A stretch of DNA of 64,000 nucleotides from Eledone cirrhosa. Lineage: Eukaryota. Both the position numbers and the translations under genes were made by a program. Below, piece by piece: positions 25,100-38,800 of the stretch. The notes under the pieces are model-generated. The model searched no databases. It was given only the letters and a program-made list of their open reading frames with translations, and had not been told where the DNA came from. Location: assembly GCA_964016885.1 (NCBI GenBank), contig OZ024744.1, positions 105,028,001-105,092,000 of the forward strand, read 5' to 3'. Positions within the stretch are counted from its first letter, which is position 1, and each line of letters begins with the position of its first letter.

Positions 25100-28000
25100 G
25101 CCGTCTATGACTAGTCTGTGTCTACTGTTGTATGCCGTCTATGACTAGTCTGTGTCTACAATTGTATGCCGTCTATGACTAGTCTGTGTCTACAGTTGTA
25201 TGCCGTCTATGACTAGTCTGTGTCTACAGTTGTATGCCGTCTATGACTAGTCTGTGTCTACAGTTGTATGCCGTCTATGTCTAGTCTGTGTCTACAGTTG
25301 TATGCCGTCTATGACTAGTCTGTGTCTACGGTTGAATGCCGTCTATGACTAGTCTGTGTCTACGGTTGTATGCCGTCTATGACTAGTCTGTGTCTACTGT
25401 TGTATGCCGTCTATGACTAGTCTGTGTCTACGGTTGAATGCCGTCTATGACTAGTCTGTGTCTACGGTTGTATGCCGTCTATGACTAGTCTGTGTCTACG
25501 GTTGTATGCCGTCTATGACTAGTCTGTGTCTACAGTTGTATGCCGTATATCACTAGTCTGTGTCTACGGTTGTATGCCGTCTATGACTAGTCTGTGCCTT
25601 CAGTTGTATGCCGTCTATGACTAGTCTGTGTCTACAGTTGTATGCCGTATATGACTAGTCTGTGTCTACTGTTGTATGCCGTATATGACTAGTCTGTGTC
25701 TACGGTTGTATGCTGTCTATGAGTAGTCTGTGTCTACTGTTGTATGCCGTCTATGACTAGTCTGTGTCTACGGTTGTATGCCGTCTATGACTAGTCTGTG
25801 TCTACTGTTGTATGCCGTCTATGACTAGTCTGTGTCTACGGTTGTATACCGTCTATGACTAGTCTGATCCACGGTTGTATGCCGTCTATGACTAGTCTGT
25901 GTCTACAGTTGTATGCCGTCTATGACTAGTCTGTGTCTATGGTTGTATGCCATCTATGACTAGTCTGTGTCTACGGTTGTATGCCGTCTATGACTAGTCT
26001 ATGTGTACGGTTGTATGCCGTCTATGACTAGTCTGTGTGTACGGCTGTATGCCGTCTATGACTAGTCTGTGTCTACGGTTGTATGGCGTCTGTGACTAGT
26101 CTGTGTCTACGGTTGTATGCCGTCTATGACTAGTCTGTGTCTACGGTTGTATGCCGTCTATGACTAGTCTGTGTCTACGGTTGTATGCCGTCTATAACTA
26201 ATCTGTGTCTACGGTTGTATGCTGTCTATGACTAGTCTGTGTCTACGGTTGTATGCCGCCTATGACGAGTCTGTTTCTACGGTTGTATGCCGTCTATGAC
26301 TAGTCTGTGTCTACAGTTGTATGCCGTCTATGACTAGTCTGTGTCTACGGTTGTATGCAGTCTATGACTAGTCTGTATCTACAGTTGTATGCCGTCTATG
26401 ACTAGTCTATGTGTACGGTTGTATGCCGTCTATGACTAGTCTGTGTCTACGGTTGTATGCCGTCTATGACTAGTCTATGTTTACGGTTGTATGCCGTCTA
26501 TGACTAGTCTGTGTCTACGGTTGTATGCCGTCTATAACTTGTCTGTGTCTACGGTTGTATGCCGTCTATGACTAGTCTGTGTCTACGGTTGTATGCCGTC
26601 TATGACTAGTCTGTGTGTACGGTTGTATGCCGTCTATGACTAGTCTGTGTCTACTGTTGTATGCCGTATATGGCTAGTCTGTGTGTACGGTTGTATGCAG
26701 TCTATGACTAGTCTGTGTCTACGGTTGTATGCCATCTATGACTAGTCTGTGTCTACGGTTGTATGCCGCCTATGACTAGTCTGTGTCTACTGTTGTATGC
26801 CGTCTATGACTAGTTTGTGTCTACGGTTGTATACCGTCTATGACTAGTCTGTGTCTACGGTTGTATGCCGTCTATGACTAGTCTGTGTCTACTGCTGTAT
26901 GCCGTCTATGACTAGTCTGTGTGTACGGTTGTATGCCGTCTATGACTAGTCTGTGTCTACGGTTGTATGCCGTCTATGACTAGTCTGTGTGTACGGTTGT
27001 ATGCCGTCTATGACTAGTCTGATCCACGGTTGTATGCCGTCTATGACTAGTCTGTGTCTTCGGTTGTATGCCGTCTATGACTAGTCTGTGTCTACGGTTG
27101 TATGCCGTCTATGACTAGTCTGTGTCTACAGTTGTATGCCGTCTATGACTAGTCTGTGTCTATGGTTGTATGCCATCTATGACTAGTCTGTGTCTACAGT
27201 TGTATGCCGTCTATGACTAGTCTGTGTCTACGGTTGTATGCCGTCTATGACTAGTCTGTGTGTACGGTTGTATGCCGTCTATGACTAGTCTGTATGTACG
27301 GTTGTATGCCGTCTATGACTAGTCTGTGTCTACGGTTGTATGCCATCTATGACTAGTATGTGTGTACGGTTGTATGCCGTCTATGACTACTCTGTGTCTA
27401 CGGTTGTATGCCGTCTATGACTAGTCTGTGTCTACGGTTGTATGCCGTCTATGACTAGTCTGTGTCTACGGTTGTATGCCGTCTATGACTAGTCTGTGTC
27501 TACTGTTGTATGCCGTCTATGACTAGTCTGTGTCTACAGTTGTATGCCGTCTATGACTAGTCTGTGTCTACAGTTGTATGCCGTCTATGACTAGTCTGTG
27601 TCTACAGTTGTATGCCGTCTATGACTAGTCTGTGTCTACAGTTGTATGCCGTCTATGTCTAGTCTGTGTCTACAGTTGTATGCCGTCTATGACTAGTCTG
27701 TGTCTACGGTTGAATGCCGTCTATGACTAGTCTGTGTCTACGGTTGTATGCCGTCTATGACTAGTCTGTGTCTACTGTTGTATGCCGTCTATGACTAGTC
27801 TGTGTCTACGGTTGAATGCCGTCTATGACTAGTCTGTGTCTACGGTTGTATGCCGTCTATGACTAGTCTGTGTCTACGGTTGTATGCCGTCTATGACTAG
27901 TCTGTGTCTACAGTTGTATGCCGTATATCACTAGTCTGTGTCTACGGTTGTATGCCGTCTATGACTAGTCTGTGCCTTCAGTTGTATGCCGTCTATGACT

Positions 28001-29840
28001 AGTCTGTGTCTACAGTTGTATGCCGTATATGACTAGTCTGTGTCTACTGTTGTATGCCGTATATGACTAGTCTGTGTCTACGGTTGTATGCTGTCTATGA
28101 GTAGTCTGTGTCTACTGTTGTATGCCGTCTATGACTAGTCTGTGTCTACGGTTGTATGCCGTCTATGACTAGTCTGTGTCTACTGTTGTATGCCGTCTAT
28201 GACTAGTCTGTGTCTACGGTTGTATACCGTCTATGACTAGTCTGATCCACGGTTGTATGCCGTCTATGACTAGTCTGTGTCTACAGTTGTATGCCGTCTA
28301 TGACTAGTCTGTGTCTATGGTTGTATGCCATCTATGACTAGTCTGTGTCTACAGTTGTATGCCGTCTATGACTAGTCTATGTGTACGGTTGTATGCCGTC
28401 TATGACTAGTCTGTGTGTACGGCTGTATGCCGTCTATGACTAGTCTGTGTCTACGGTTGTATGGCGTCTGTGACTAGTCTGTGTCTACGGTTGTATGCCG
28501 TCTATGACTAGTCTGTGTCTACGGTTGTATGCCGTCTATGACTAGTCTGTGTCTACGGTTGTATGCCGTCTATAACTAATCTGTGTCTACGGTTGTATGC
28601 TGTCTATGACTAGTCTGTGTCTACGGTTGTATGCCGCCTATGACGAGTCTGTTTCTACGGTTGTATGCCGTCTATGACTAGTCTGTGTCTACAGTTGTAT
28701 GCCGTCTATGACTAGTCTGTGTCTACGGTTGTATGCAGTCTATGACTAGTCTGTGTCTACAGTTGTATGCCGTCTATGACTAGTCTATGTGTACGGTTGT
28801 ATGCCGTCTATGACTAGTCTGTGTCTACGGTTGTATGCCGTCTATGACTAGTCTATGTTTACGGTTGTATGCCGTCTATGACTAGTCTGTGTCTACGGTT
28901 GTATGCCGTCTATAACTTGTCTGTGTCTACGGTTGTATGCCGTCTATGACTAGTCTGTGTCTACGGTTGTATGCCGTCTATGACTAGTCTGTGTGTACGG
29001 TTGTATGCCGTCTATGACTAGTCTGTGTCTACTGTTGTATGCCGTATATGGCTAGTCTGTGTGTACGGTTGTATGCAGTCTATGACTAGTCTGTGTCTAC
29101 GGTTGTATGCCATCTATGACTAGTCTGTGTCTACGGTTGTATGCCGCCTATGACTAGTCTGTGTCTACTGTTGTATGCCGTCTATGACTAGTTTGTGTCT
29201 ACGGTTGTATACCGTCTATGACTAGTCTGTGTCTACGGTTGTATGCCGTCTATGACTAGTCTGTGTCTACTGCTGTATGCCGTCTATGACTAGTCTGTGT
29301 GTACGGTTGTATGCCGTCTATGACTAGTCTGTGTCTACGGTTGTATGCCGTCTATGACTAGTCTGTGTGTACGGTTGTATGCCGTCTATGACTAGTCTGA
29401 TCCACGGTTGTATGCCGTCTATGACTAGTCTGTGTCTTCGGTTGTATGCCGTCTATGACTAGTCTGTGTCTACGGTTGTATGCCGTATATGACTAGTCTG
29501 TGTCTACAGTTGTATGCCGTCTATGACTAGTCTGTGTCTATGGTTGTATGCCATCTATGACTAGTCTGTGTCTACAGTTGTATGCCGTCTATGACTAGTC
29601 TGTGTCTACGGTTGTATGCCGTCTATGACTAGTCTGTGTGTACGGTTGTATGCCGTCTATGACTAGTCTGTATGTACGGTTGTATGCCGTCTATGACTAG
29701 TCTGTGTCTACGGTTGTATGCCATCTATGACTAGTATGTGTGTACGGTTGTATGCCGTCTATGACTACTCTGTGTCTACGGTTGTATGCCGTCTATGACT
29801 AGTCTGTGTCTACGGTTGTATGCCGTCTATGACTAGTCTG
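25100..29840. repeat. Higher-order tandem duplication, period 2378 bp (70 monomers)
   Basis: atgtctag 25277/27655, gccgtatatc 25542/27920, gatcc 25866/28244; the same period is seen at 61371/63749. Confidence 0.9.
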
Positions 29841-32800
29841 TGTCTACAGTTGTATGCCGTCTATGACTAGTCTGTGTCTACGGTTGTATGCCGCCTATGA
29901 CTAGACTGATCCACGGTTGTATGCCGTCTATGACTAGTCTGTGTCTTCGGTTGTATGCCGTCTATGACTAGTCTGTGTCTACGGTTGTATGCCGTCTATG
30001 ACTAGTCTGTGTCTACAGTTGTATGCCGTCTATGACTAGTCTGTGTCTACGGTTGTATGCCGTCTATGACTATTCTGTGTCTATGGCTGTATGCCGTCTA
30101 TGACTAGTCTGTGTCTACGGTTGTATGCCGTCTATGACTAGTCTGATCCACGGTTGTATGCCGTCTATGACTAGTCTGATCCACGGTTGTATGCCGTCTA
30201 TGACTAGTCTGTGTCTTCAGTTGTATGCCGTTTATGACTAGTCTGTGTCTACGGTTGTATGCCGTCTATGACTAGTCTGTGTCTACGGTTGTATGCCGTC
30301 TCTGACTAGTCGGTGTGTACAGTTGTATGCCGTCTATGACTAGTCTGTGTCTACGGTTGTATGCCGTCTATGACTAGTCTGTGTCTACAGTTGTATGCCG
30401 TCTATGACTGGTCTGTGCCTACGGTTGTATGCCGTCTATGACTAGTCTGTGTCTACAGTTGTATGCCGTCTATGACTAGTCTGTGTCTATGGTTGTATGC
30501 CATGTATGACTAGTCTGTGTCTACAATTGTATGCCGTCTATGACTAGTCTGTGTCTACGGTTGTATGCCGTCTATGACTAGTCTGTGTGTACGGTTGTAT
30601 GCCGTCTATGACTAGTCTGTGTGTACGGTTGTATGCCGTCTATGACTAGTCTGTGTCTACGGTTGTATGCCGTCTATGACTAGTCTGTGTCTACGGTTGT
30701 ATGCCGTCTATGACTAGTCTGTGTCTACAGTTGTATGCCGTCTATGACTAGTCTGTGTCTACGGTTGTATGCCGTCTATGACTAGTCTGTGTCTACGGTT
30801 GTATGCCGTCTATGACTAGTCTGTGTCTACGGTTGTATGCCGTCTATGACTAGTCTGTGTCTACGGTTGTATGCCGTCTATGACTAGTCTGTGTCTACAG
30901 TTGTATGCCGTCTATGACTAGTCTGTGTCTACGGTTGTATGCCGTCTATGACTAGTCTGTGTGTACGGTTGTATGCCGTCTATGACTAGTCTGTGTCTAC
31001 AGTTGTATGCCGTCTATGACTAGTCTGTGTCTACGGTTGTATGCCATCTATGACTAGTCTGTGTGTACGGTTGTATGCCGTCTATGACTAGTCTGTGTCT
31101 ACGGTTGTATGCAGTCTATGACTAGTCTGTGTCTACAGTTGTATGCCGTCTATGACTAGTCTATGTGTACGGTTGTATGCCGTCTATGACTAGTCTCTGT
31201 CTACGGTTGTATGCCGTCTATGACTAGTCTATGTTTACGGTTGTATGCCGTCTATGACTAGTCTGTGTCTACGGTTGTATGCCGTCTATGACTTGTCTGT
31301 GTCTACGGTTGTATGCCATCTATGACTAGTCTGTGTCTACGGTTGTATGCCGTCTATGACTAGTCTGTGTGTACGGTTGTATGCCGTCTATGACTAGTCT
31401 GTGTCTACTGTTGTATGCCGTATATGACTAGTCTGTGTGTACGGTTGTATGCAGTCTATGACTAGTCTGTGTCTACGGTTGTATGCCATCTATGACTAGT
31501 CTGTGTCTACGGTTGTATGCCGCCTATGACTAGTCTGTGTCTCCTGTTGTATGCCGTCTATGACTAGTTTGTGTCTACGGTTGTATACCGTCTATGACTA
31601 GTCTGTGTCTACGGTTGTATGCCGTCTATGACTAGTCTGTGTCTACTGCTGTATGCCGTCTATGACTAGTCTGTGTGTACGGTTGTATGCCGTCTATGAC
31701 TAGTCTGTGTCTACGGTTGTATGCCGTCTATGACTAGTCTGTGTGTACGGTTGTATGCCGTCTATGACTAGTCTGTGTCTACGGTTGTATGCCGTCTATG
31801 ACTAGTCTGATCCACGGTTGTATGCCGTCTATGACTAGTCTGTGTCTACGGTTGTATGCCGTCTATGACTAGTCTGTGTGTACGGTTGTATGCCGTCTAT
31901 GACTAGTCTGTGTCTACGGTTGTATGCAGTCTATGACTAGTCTGTGTCTACAGTTGTATGCCGTCTATGACTAGTCTATGTGTACGGTTGTATGCCGTCT
32001 ATGACTAGTCTCTGTCTACGGTTGTATGCCATCTATGACTAATCTGTGTCTACAGTTGTATGCCGTCTATGACTAGTCTGTGTCTACGGTTGTATGCCAT
32101 CTATGACTAGTCTGTGTGTACGGTTGTATGCCGTCTATGACTAGTCTGTGTGTACGGTTGTATGCCGTCTATGACTAGTCTGTGTCTACGGTTGTATGCC
32201 ATCTATGACTAGTATGTTTGTACGGTTGTATGCCGTCTATGACTAGTCTGTGTCTACGGTTGTATGCCGTCTATGACTAGTCTGTGTCTACGGTTGTATG
32301 CCGTCTATGACTAGTCTGTGTCTACAGTTGTATGCCGTCTATGACTAGTCTGTGTCTACGGTTGTATGCCGTCTATGACTAGTCTGATCCACGGTTGTAT
32401 GCCGTCTATGACTAGTCTGTGTCTTCGGTTGTATGCCGTCTATGACTAGTCTGTGTCTACGGTTGTATGCCGTCTATGACTAGTCTGTGTCTAGAGTTGT
32501 ATGCCGTCTATGACTAGTCTGTGTGTACGGTTGTATGCCGTCTATGACTAGTCTGTGTGTACGGTTGTATGCCGTCTATGACTAGTTTGTGTCTACGGTT
32601 GTATGCCATCTATGACTAGTCTGTGTGTACAGTTGTATGCCGTCTATGACTAGTCTGTGTCTACGGTTGTATGCCGTCTATGACTAGTCTGTGTCTACGG
32701 TTGTATGCCGTCTATGACTAGTCTGTGTCTACAGTTGTATGCCGTCTATGACTAGTCTGTGTCTACGGTTGTATGCCGTCTATGACTAGTCTGTGTGTAC

Positions 32801-35800
32801 GGTTGTATGCCGTCTATGACTAGTCTGTGTCTACAGTTGTATGCCGTCTATGACTAGTCTGTGTCTACGGTTGTATGCCGTCTATGACTAGTCTGTGTCT
32901 ACGGTTGTATGCCGTCTATGACTAGTCTGTGTCTACGGTTGTATGCTGTCTATGACTAGTCTGTGTCTACTGCTGTATGCAGTCTATGACTAGTCTGTGT
33001 CTACGGTTGTATGCAGGCTATGACTAGTCATTGTCTACGGTTGTATACCGTCTATGACTAGTCTGTGTGTACGGTTGTATGCCGTCTATGACTAGTCTGT
33101 GTCTACGGTTTATGCCGTCTATGACTAGTCTGTGTGTACGGTTGTATGCCGTCTCTGACTAGTCTGTGTCTACGGTTGTATGCCGTCTATGACTAGTCTG
33201 TGTGTACGGTTGTATGCCGTCTATGACTAGTCTGTGTCTACGGTTGTATGCCGTCTATGACTAGTCTGATCCACGGTTGTATGCCGTCTATGACTAGTCT
33301 GTGTCTACGGTTGTATGCCGTCTATGACTAGTCTGTGTCTACAGTTGTATGCCGTTTATGACTAGTCTGTGTCTACAGTTGTATGCCGTCTATGACTAGT
33401 CTGTGTGTACGGTTGTATGCCGTTTATGACTAGTCTGTGTGTACGGTTGTATGCCGTCTATGACTAGTCTGTGTGTACGGTTGTATGCCGTTTATGACTA
33501 GTGTGTGTCTACGGTTGTATGCCGTCTATGACTAGTCTGTGTCTACGGTTGTATGCCATCTATGACTAGTCTGAGTCTACGATTGTATGCCGTCTATGAC
33601 TAGTCTGTGTTTACGGTTGTATGCCGTCTATGACTAGTCTGTGTCTACGGTTGTATGCCGTCTATGACTAGTCTGTGTGTACGGTTGTATGCCGTCTATG
33701 ACTAGTCTGTGTCTACAGTTGTATGCCGTCTCTGACTAGTCTGTGTCTACGGTTGTATGCCGTCTATGACTAGTCTGTGTCTACGGTTGTATGCCGTCTA
33801 TGACTAGTCTGTGTCTACGGTTGTATGCCGTCTATGACTAGTCTGTGTCTACAGTTGTATGCCGTCTCTGACTAGTCTGTGTCTACGGTTGTATGCCGTC
33901 TATGACTAGTCTGTGTGTACGGTTGTATGCCGTCTATGACTAGTCTGTGTGAACGATTGTATGCCATCTATGACTAGTCTATGTGTACGGTTGTATGCCG
34001 TCTATGACTAGTCTGTGGCTACGGTTGTATGCCATCTATGACTAGTCTGTGTGTACGGTTGTATGCAGTCTATGACTAGTCTGTGTCTACAGTTGTATGC
34101 CGTCTATGACTAGTCTGAGTCTACGGTTGTATGCAGTCTATGACTAGTCTGTGTGCACGGTTGTATGCCGTCTATGACTAGTCTGTGTCTACGGTTGTAT
34201 GCCGTCTATGACTAGTCTGTGTCTACAGTTGTATGCCGTCTATGACTAGTCTGTGTCTACGGTTGTATGCCGTCTATGACTAGTCTGTGACTACAGTTGT
34301 ATGCCGTCTATGACTAGTGTGTGTCTACGGTTGTATACCGTCTATGACTAGTCTGTGTCTACGGTTGTATGCCGTCTATGACTAGTCTGTGTGTACGGTT
34401 GTATGCCGTCTATGACTAGTCTGTGTCTACGGTTGTATGCCGTCTATGACTAGTCTGTGTCTACGGTTGTATTCGGTGTATGACTAGTCTGTGTCTACGG
34501 TTGTATGCCGTCTATGACTAGTCTGTGTGTACGGTTGTATACCGTCCATGACTAGTCTGAGTCTACGGTTGTATGCCGTCTATGAATAGTCTGTGTGTAC
34601 GGTTGTATGCCGTCTATGACTAGTCTGTGTCTACGGTTGTATGCCGTCTATGACTAGTCTGTGTGTACGGTTGTATGCCGTCTATGACTAGTCTGTGTAT
34701 ACGGTTGTATGCCGTCTATGACTAGTCTGTGTCTACGGTTGTATGCCGTCTATGACTAGTCTGTGTCTACAGTTGTATGCCGTCTATGACTAGTCTGTGT
34801 CTACGGTTGTATGCCGTCTATGACTAGTCTGTGTCTACAGTTGTATGCCGTCTCTGACTAGTCTGTGTCTACGGTTGTATGCCGTCTATGACTAGTCTGT
34901 GTCTACGGTTGTATGCCGTCTATGACTAGTCTGTGTCTACGGTTGTATGCCGTCTATGACTAGTCTGTGGCTACGGTTGTATGCCATCTATGACTAGTCT
35001 GTGTGTACGGTTGTATGCCGTCTATGACTAGTCTGTGTCTACAGTTGTATGTCGTCTATGACTTCTCTGTGTCTACGGTTGTATGCTGTCAATGACTAGT
35101 CTGTGTCTACGGTTGTATGCCGTCTATGACTAGTATGTGTCTACGGTTGTATGCCGTCTATGACTAGTCTGTGTGTACGGTTGTATGCAGTCTATGACTA
35201 GTCTGTGTCTACTGTTGTATGCCGTCTATGACTAGGCTGTGTGTACGGTTGTATGCAGTCTATGACTAGTCTGTGTCTACGGTTGTATGCCGTCTATGAC
35301 TAGTCTGTGCGTACGGTTGTATGCAGTCTATGACTAGTCTGTGTCTACGGTTGTATGGCGTCTATGACTAGTCTGTGTCTACAGTTGTATGCCATCTATG
35401 ACTAGTCTGTGTGTACGGTTGTATGCAGTCTATGACTAGTCTGTGTCTACAGTTGTATGCCGTATATGACTAGTCTGAGTCTACGGTTGTATGCAGTCTA
35501 TGACTAGTCTGTGTGTACGGTTGTATGCCGTCTATGACTAGTCTGTGTCTACGGTTGTATGCCGTCTATGACTAGTCTGTGTCTACAGTTGTATGCCGTC
35601 TATGACTAGTCTGTGTCTACGGTTGTATGCCGTCTATGACTAGTCTGTGTGTACGCTTGTATGCCGTCTATGACTAGTCTGTGTCTACGGTTGTATGCCA
35701 TCTATGACTAGTCTGTGTGTACGGTTGTATGCCGTCTATGACTAGTGTGTGTCTACAGTTGTATGCCGTCTATGACTAGTCTGTGTCTACGGTTGTATGC

Positions 35801-38800
35801 TGTCTATGACTAGTCTGTGTCTACGGTTGTATGCCGTCTATGACAAGTCTGTGTCTACGGTTGTATGCCGTCTATGACTAGTCTGTGTCTACGGTTGTAT
35901 GCCGTCTATGACAAGTCTGTGTCTACGGTTGTATGCCGTCTATGACTGGTCTGTGTCTACAGTTGTATGCCGTCTATGACTAGTCTGTGTCTTCGGTTAT
36001 ATGCCCTCTATGACTAGTCTGTGTCTACGGTTGTATGCCGTCTATGACTAGTCTGTGTCTACAGTTGTATGCCGTCTATGACTAGTCTGTGTCTACGGTT
36101 GTATGCCGTCTATGACTAGTCTGTGTGTACGGTTGTATGCAGTCTATGACTAGTCTGTGTCTACGGTTCTATGCCGTCTATGACTAGTCTGTGTGTACGC
36201 TTGTATGCCGTCTATGACTAGTCTGTGTCTACGGTTGTATGCCATCTATGACTAGTCTGTGTGTACGGTTGTATGCCGTCTATGACTAGTGTGTGTCTAC
36301 AGTTGTATGCCGTCTATGACTAGTCTGTGTCTACGGTTGTATGCCGTCTATGACTAGTGTGTGTCTACGGTTGTATGCCGTCTATGACAAGTCTGTGTCT
36401 ACGGTTGTATGCCGTCTATGACTAGTCTGTGTCTACAGTTGTATGCGGTCTATGACTAGTCTGTGTCTACGGTTGTATGCCGTCTATAACTAGTCTGTGT
36501 GTACGGTTGTATGCCCTCTATGACTAGTCTGTGTCTACGGTTGTATGTCGTCTGTCACTAGTCTGTGTGTACGGTTGTATGCCGTCTATGACTAGTCTGT
36601 GTCTACGGTTGTATTCGGTCTATGACTAGTCTGTGTCTACGGTTGTATGCCGTCTATGACTAGTCTGTGTCTACGGTTGTATGCCGTCTATGACTAGTCT
36701 GTGTCTACGGTTGTATGCCGTCTATGACTAGTCTGTGTGCACGGTTGTATGCCGTCTATGACTAGTCTGTGTCTACGGTTGTATGCCGTCTATGCCTAGT
36801 CTGTGTCTACGGTTGTATGCAGTCTATGACTAGTCTGATCCACGGTTGTATGCCGTCTATGACTAGTGTGTGTCTTCGGTTGTATGCCGTCTATGACTAG
36901 TCTGTGTCTACGGTTGTATGCCGTCTATGACTAGTCTGTGTCTACGGTTGTATGCCATTTATGACTAGTCTGTGTGTACGGTTGTATGCCGTCTATGACT
37001 AGTCTGTGTCTACGGTTGTATGTCGTCTATGAAAAGTCTGTGTCTACGGTTGTATGCCGTCTATGACTAGTCTGTGTCTACGGTTGTATGCCGTCTATGA
37101 CTAGTCTGAGTCTACGGTTGTATGGCGTCTATGACTAGTCTGTGTCTACGGTTGTATGCCGTCTATGACTAGTCTGTGTCTACAGTTGTATGCCGTCTAT
37201 GACTAGTCTGTGTCTACGGTTGTATGCCGTCTATGACTAGTCTGTGTCTACGGTTGTATGCCGTCTATGACTAGTATGTGTCTACGGTTGTATGCCGTCT
37301 ATGACTAGTCTGTGTGTACGGTTGTATGCCGTCTATGACTAGTCTGTGTCTACTGTTGTATGCCGTCTATGACAAGTCTCTGTGTACGGTGGTATGCAGT
37401 CTATGACTAGTCTGTGTCTACGGTTGTATGCCGTCTATGACTAGTCTGTGTGTACGGTTGTATGCCGTCTATGACTAGTCGGTGTCTACGGTTGTATTCG
37501 GTCTATGACTAGTCTGTGTCTACGGTTGTATTCCGTCTATGACTAGTCTGTGTCTACGGTTGTATGCTGTCTATGACTAGTCTGTGTGTACGGTTGTATG
37601 CCGTATATGACTAGTCTGTGTGTACGGTTGTATGCCGTCTATGACTAGTCTGAGTCTACGGTTGTATGCCGTCTATGAATAGTCTGTGTGTACGGTTGTA
37701 TGCCGTCTATGTCTAGTCTGTGTGTACGGTTGTATGCCGTCTATGACTAGTCTCTGTGTACGGTTGTATGCCGTCTATGACTAGTCTGTGTATACGGTTG
37801 TGTGCCGTCTATGACTAGTCTGTGTCTACGGTTGTATGCCGTCTATGACTAGTCTGTGTCTACAGTTGTATGCCGTCTATGACTAGTCTGTGTCTACGGT
37901 TGTATGCCGTCTATGACTAGTCTGTGTCTACAGTTGTATGCCGTCTCTGACTAGTCTGTGTCTACGGTTGTATGCCGTCTATGACTAGTCTGTGTCTACG
38001 GTTGTATGCCGTCTAAGACTAGTCTGTGTCTACGGTTGTATGCCGTCTATGACTAGTCTGTGTCTACGGTTGTATGCCATCTATGACTAGTCTGTGTGTA
38101 CGGTTGTATGCCGTCTATGACTTGTCTGTGTCTACAGTTGTATGTCGTCTATGACTACTCTGTGTCTACGGTTGTATGCCGTCTATGACTAGTCTGTGTC
38201 TACGGTTGTATGCCGTCTATGACCAGTATGTGTCTACGGTTGTATGCCGTCTATGACTAGTCTATGTGTACGGTTGTATGCAGTCTATGACTAGTCTGTG
38301 TCTACTGTTGTATGCCGTCTATGACTAGGCTGTGTGTACGGTTGTATGCAGTCTATGACTAGTCTGTGTCTACGGTTGTATGCCGTCTATGACTAGTCTG
38401 TGCGTACGGTTGTATGCAGTCTATGACTAGTCTGTGTCTACGGTTGTATGGCGTCTATGACTAGTTTGTGTCTACAGTTGTATGCCATCTATGACTAGTC
38501 TGTGTGTACGGTTGTATGCAGTCTATGACTAGTCTGTGTCTACAGTTGTATGCCGTCTATGACTAGTCTGAGTCTACGGTTGTATGCAGTCTATGACTAG
38601 TCTGTGTGTACGGTTGTATGCCGTCTATGACTAGTCTGTGTCTACGGTTGTATGCCGTCTATGAGTAGTCTGTGTCTACAGTTGTATGCCGTCTATGACT
38701 AGTCTGTGTGTACGGTTGTATGCCGTCTATGACTAGTCTGTGACTACAGTTGTATGCCGTCTATGACTAGTGTGTGTCTACGGTTGTATACCGTCTATGA

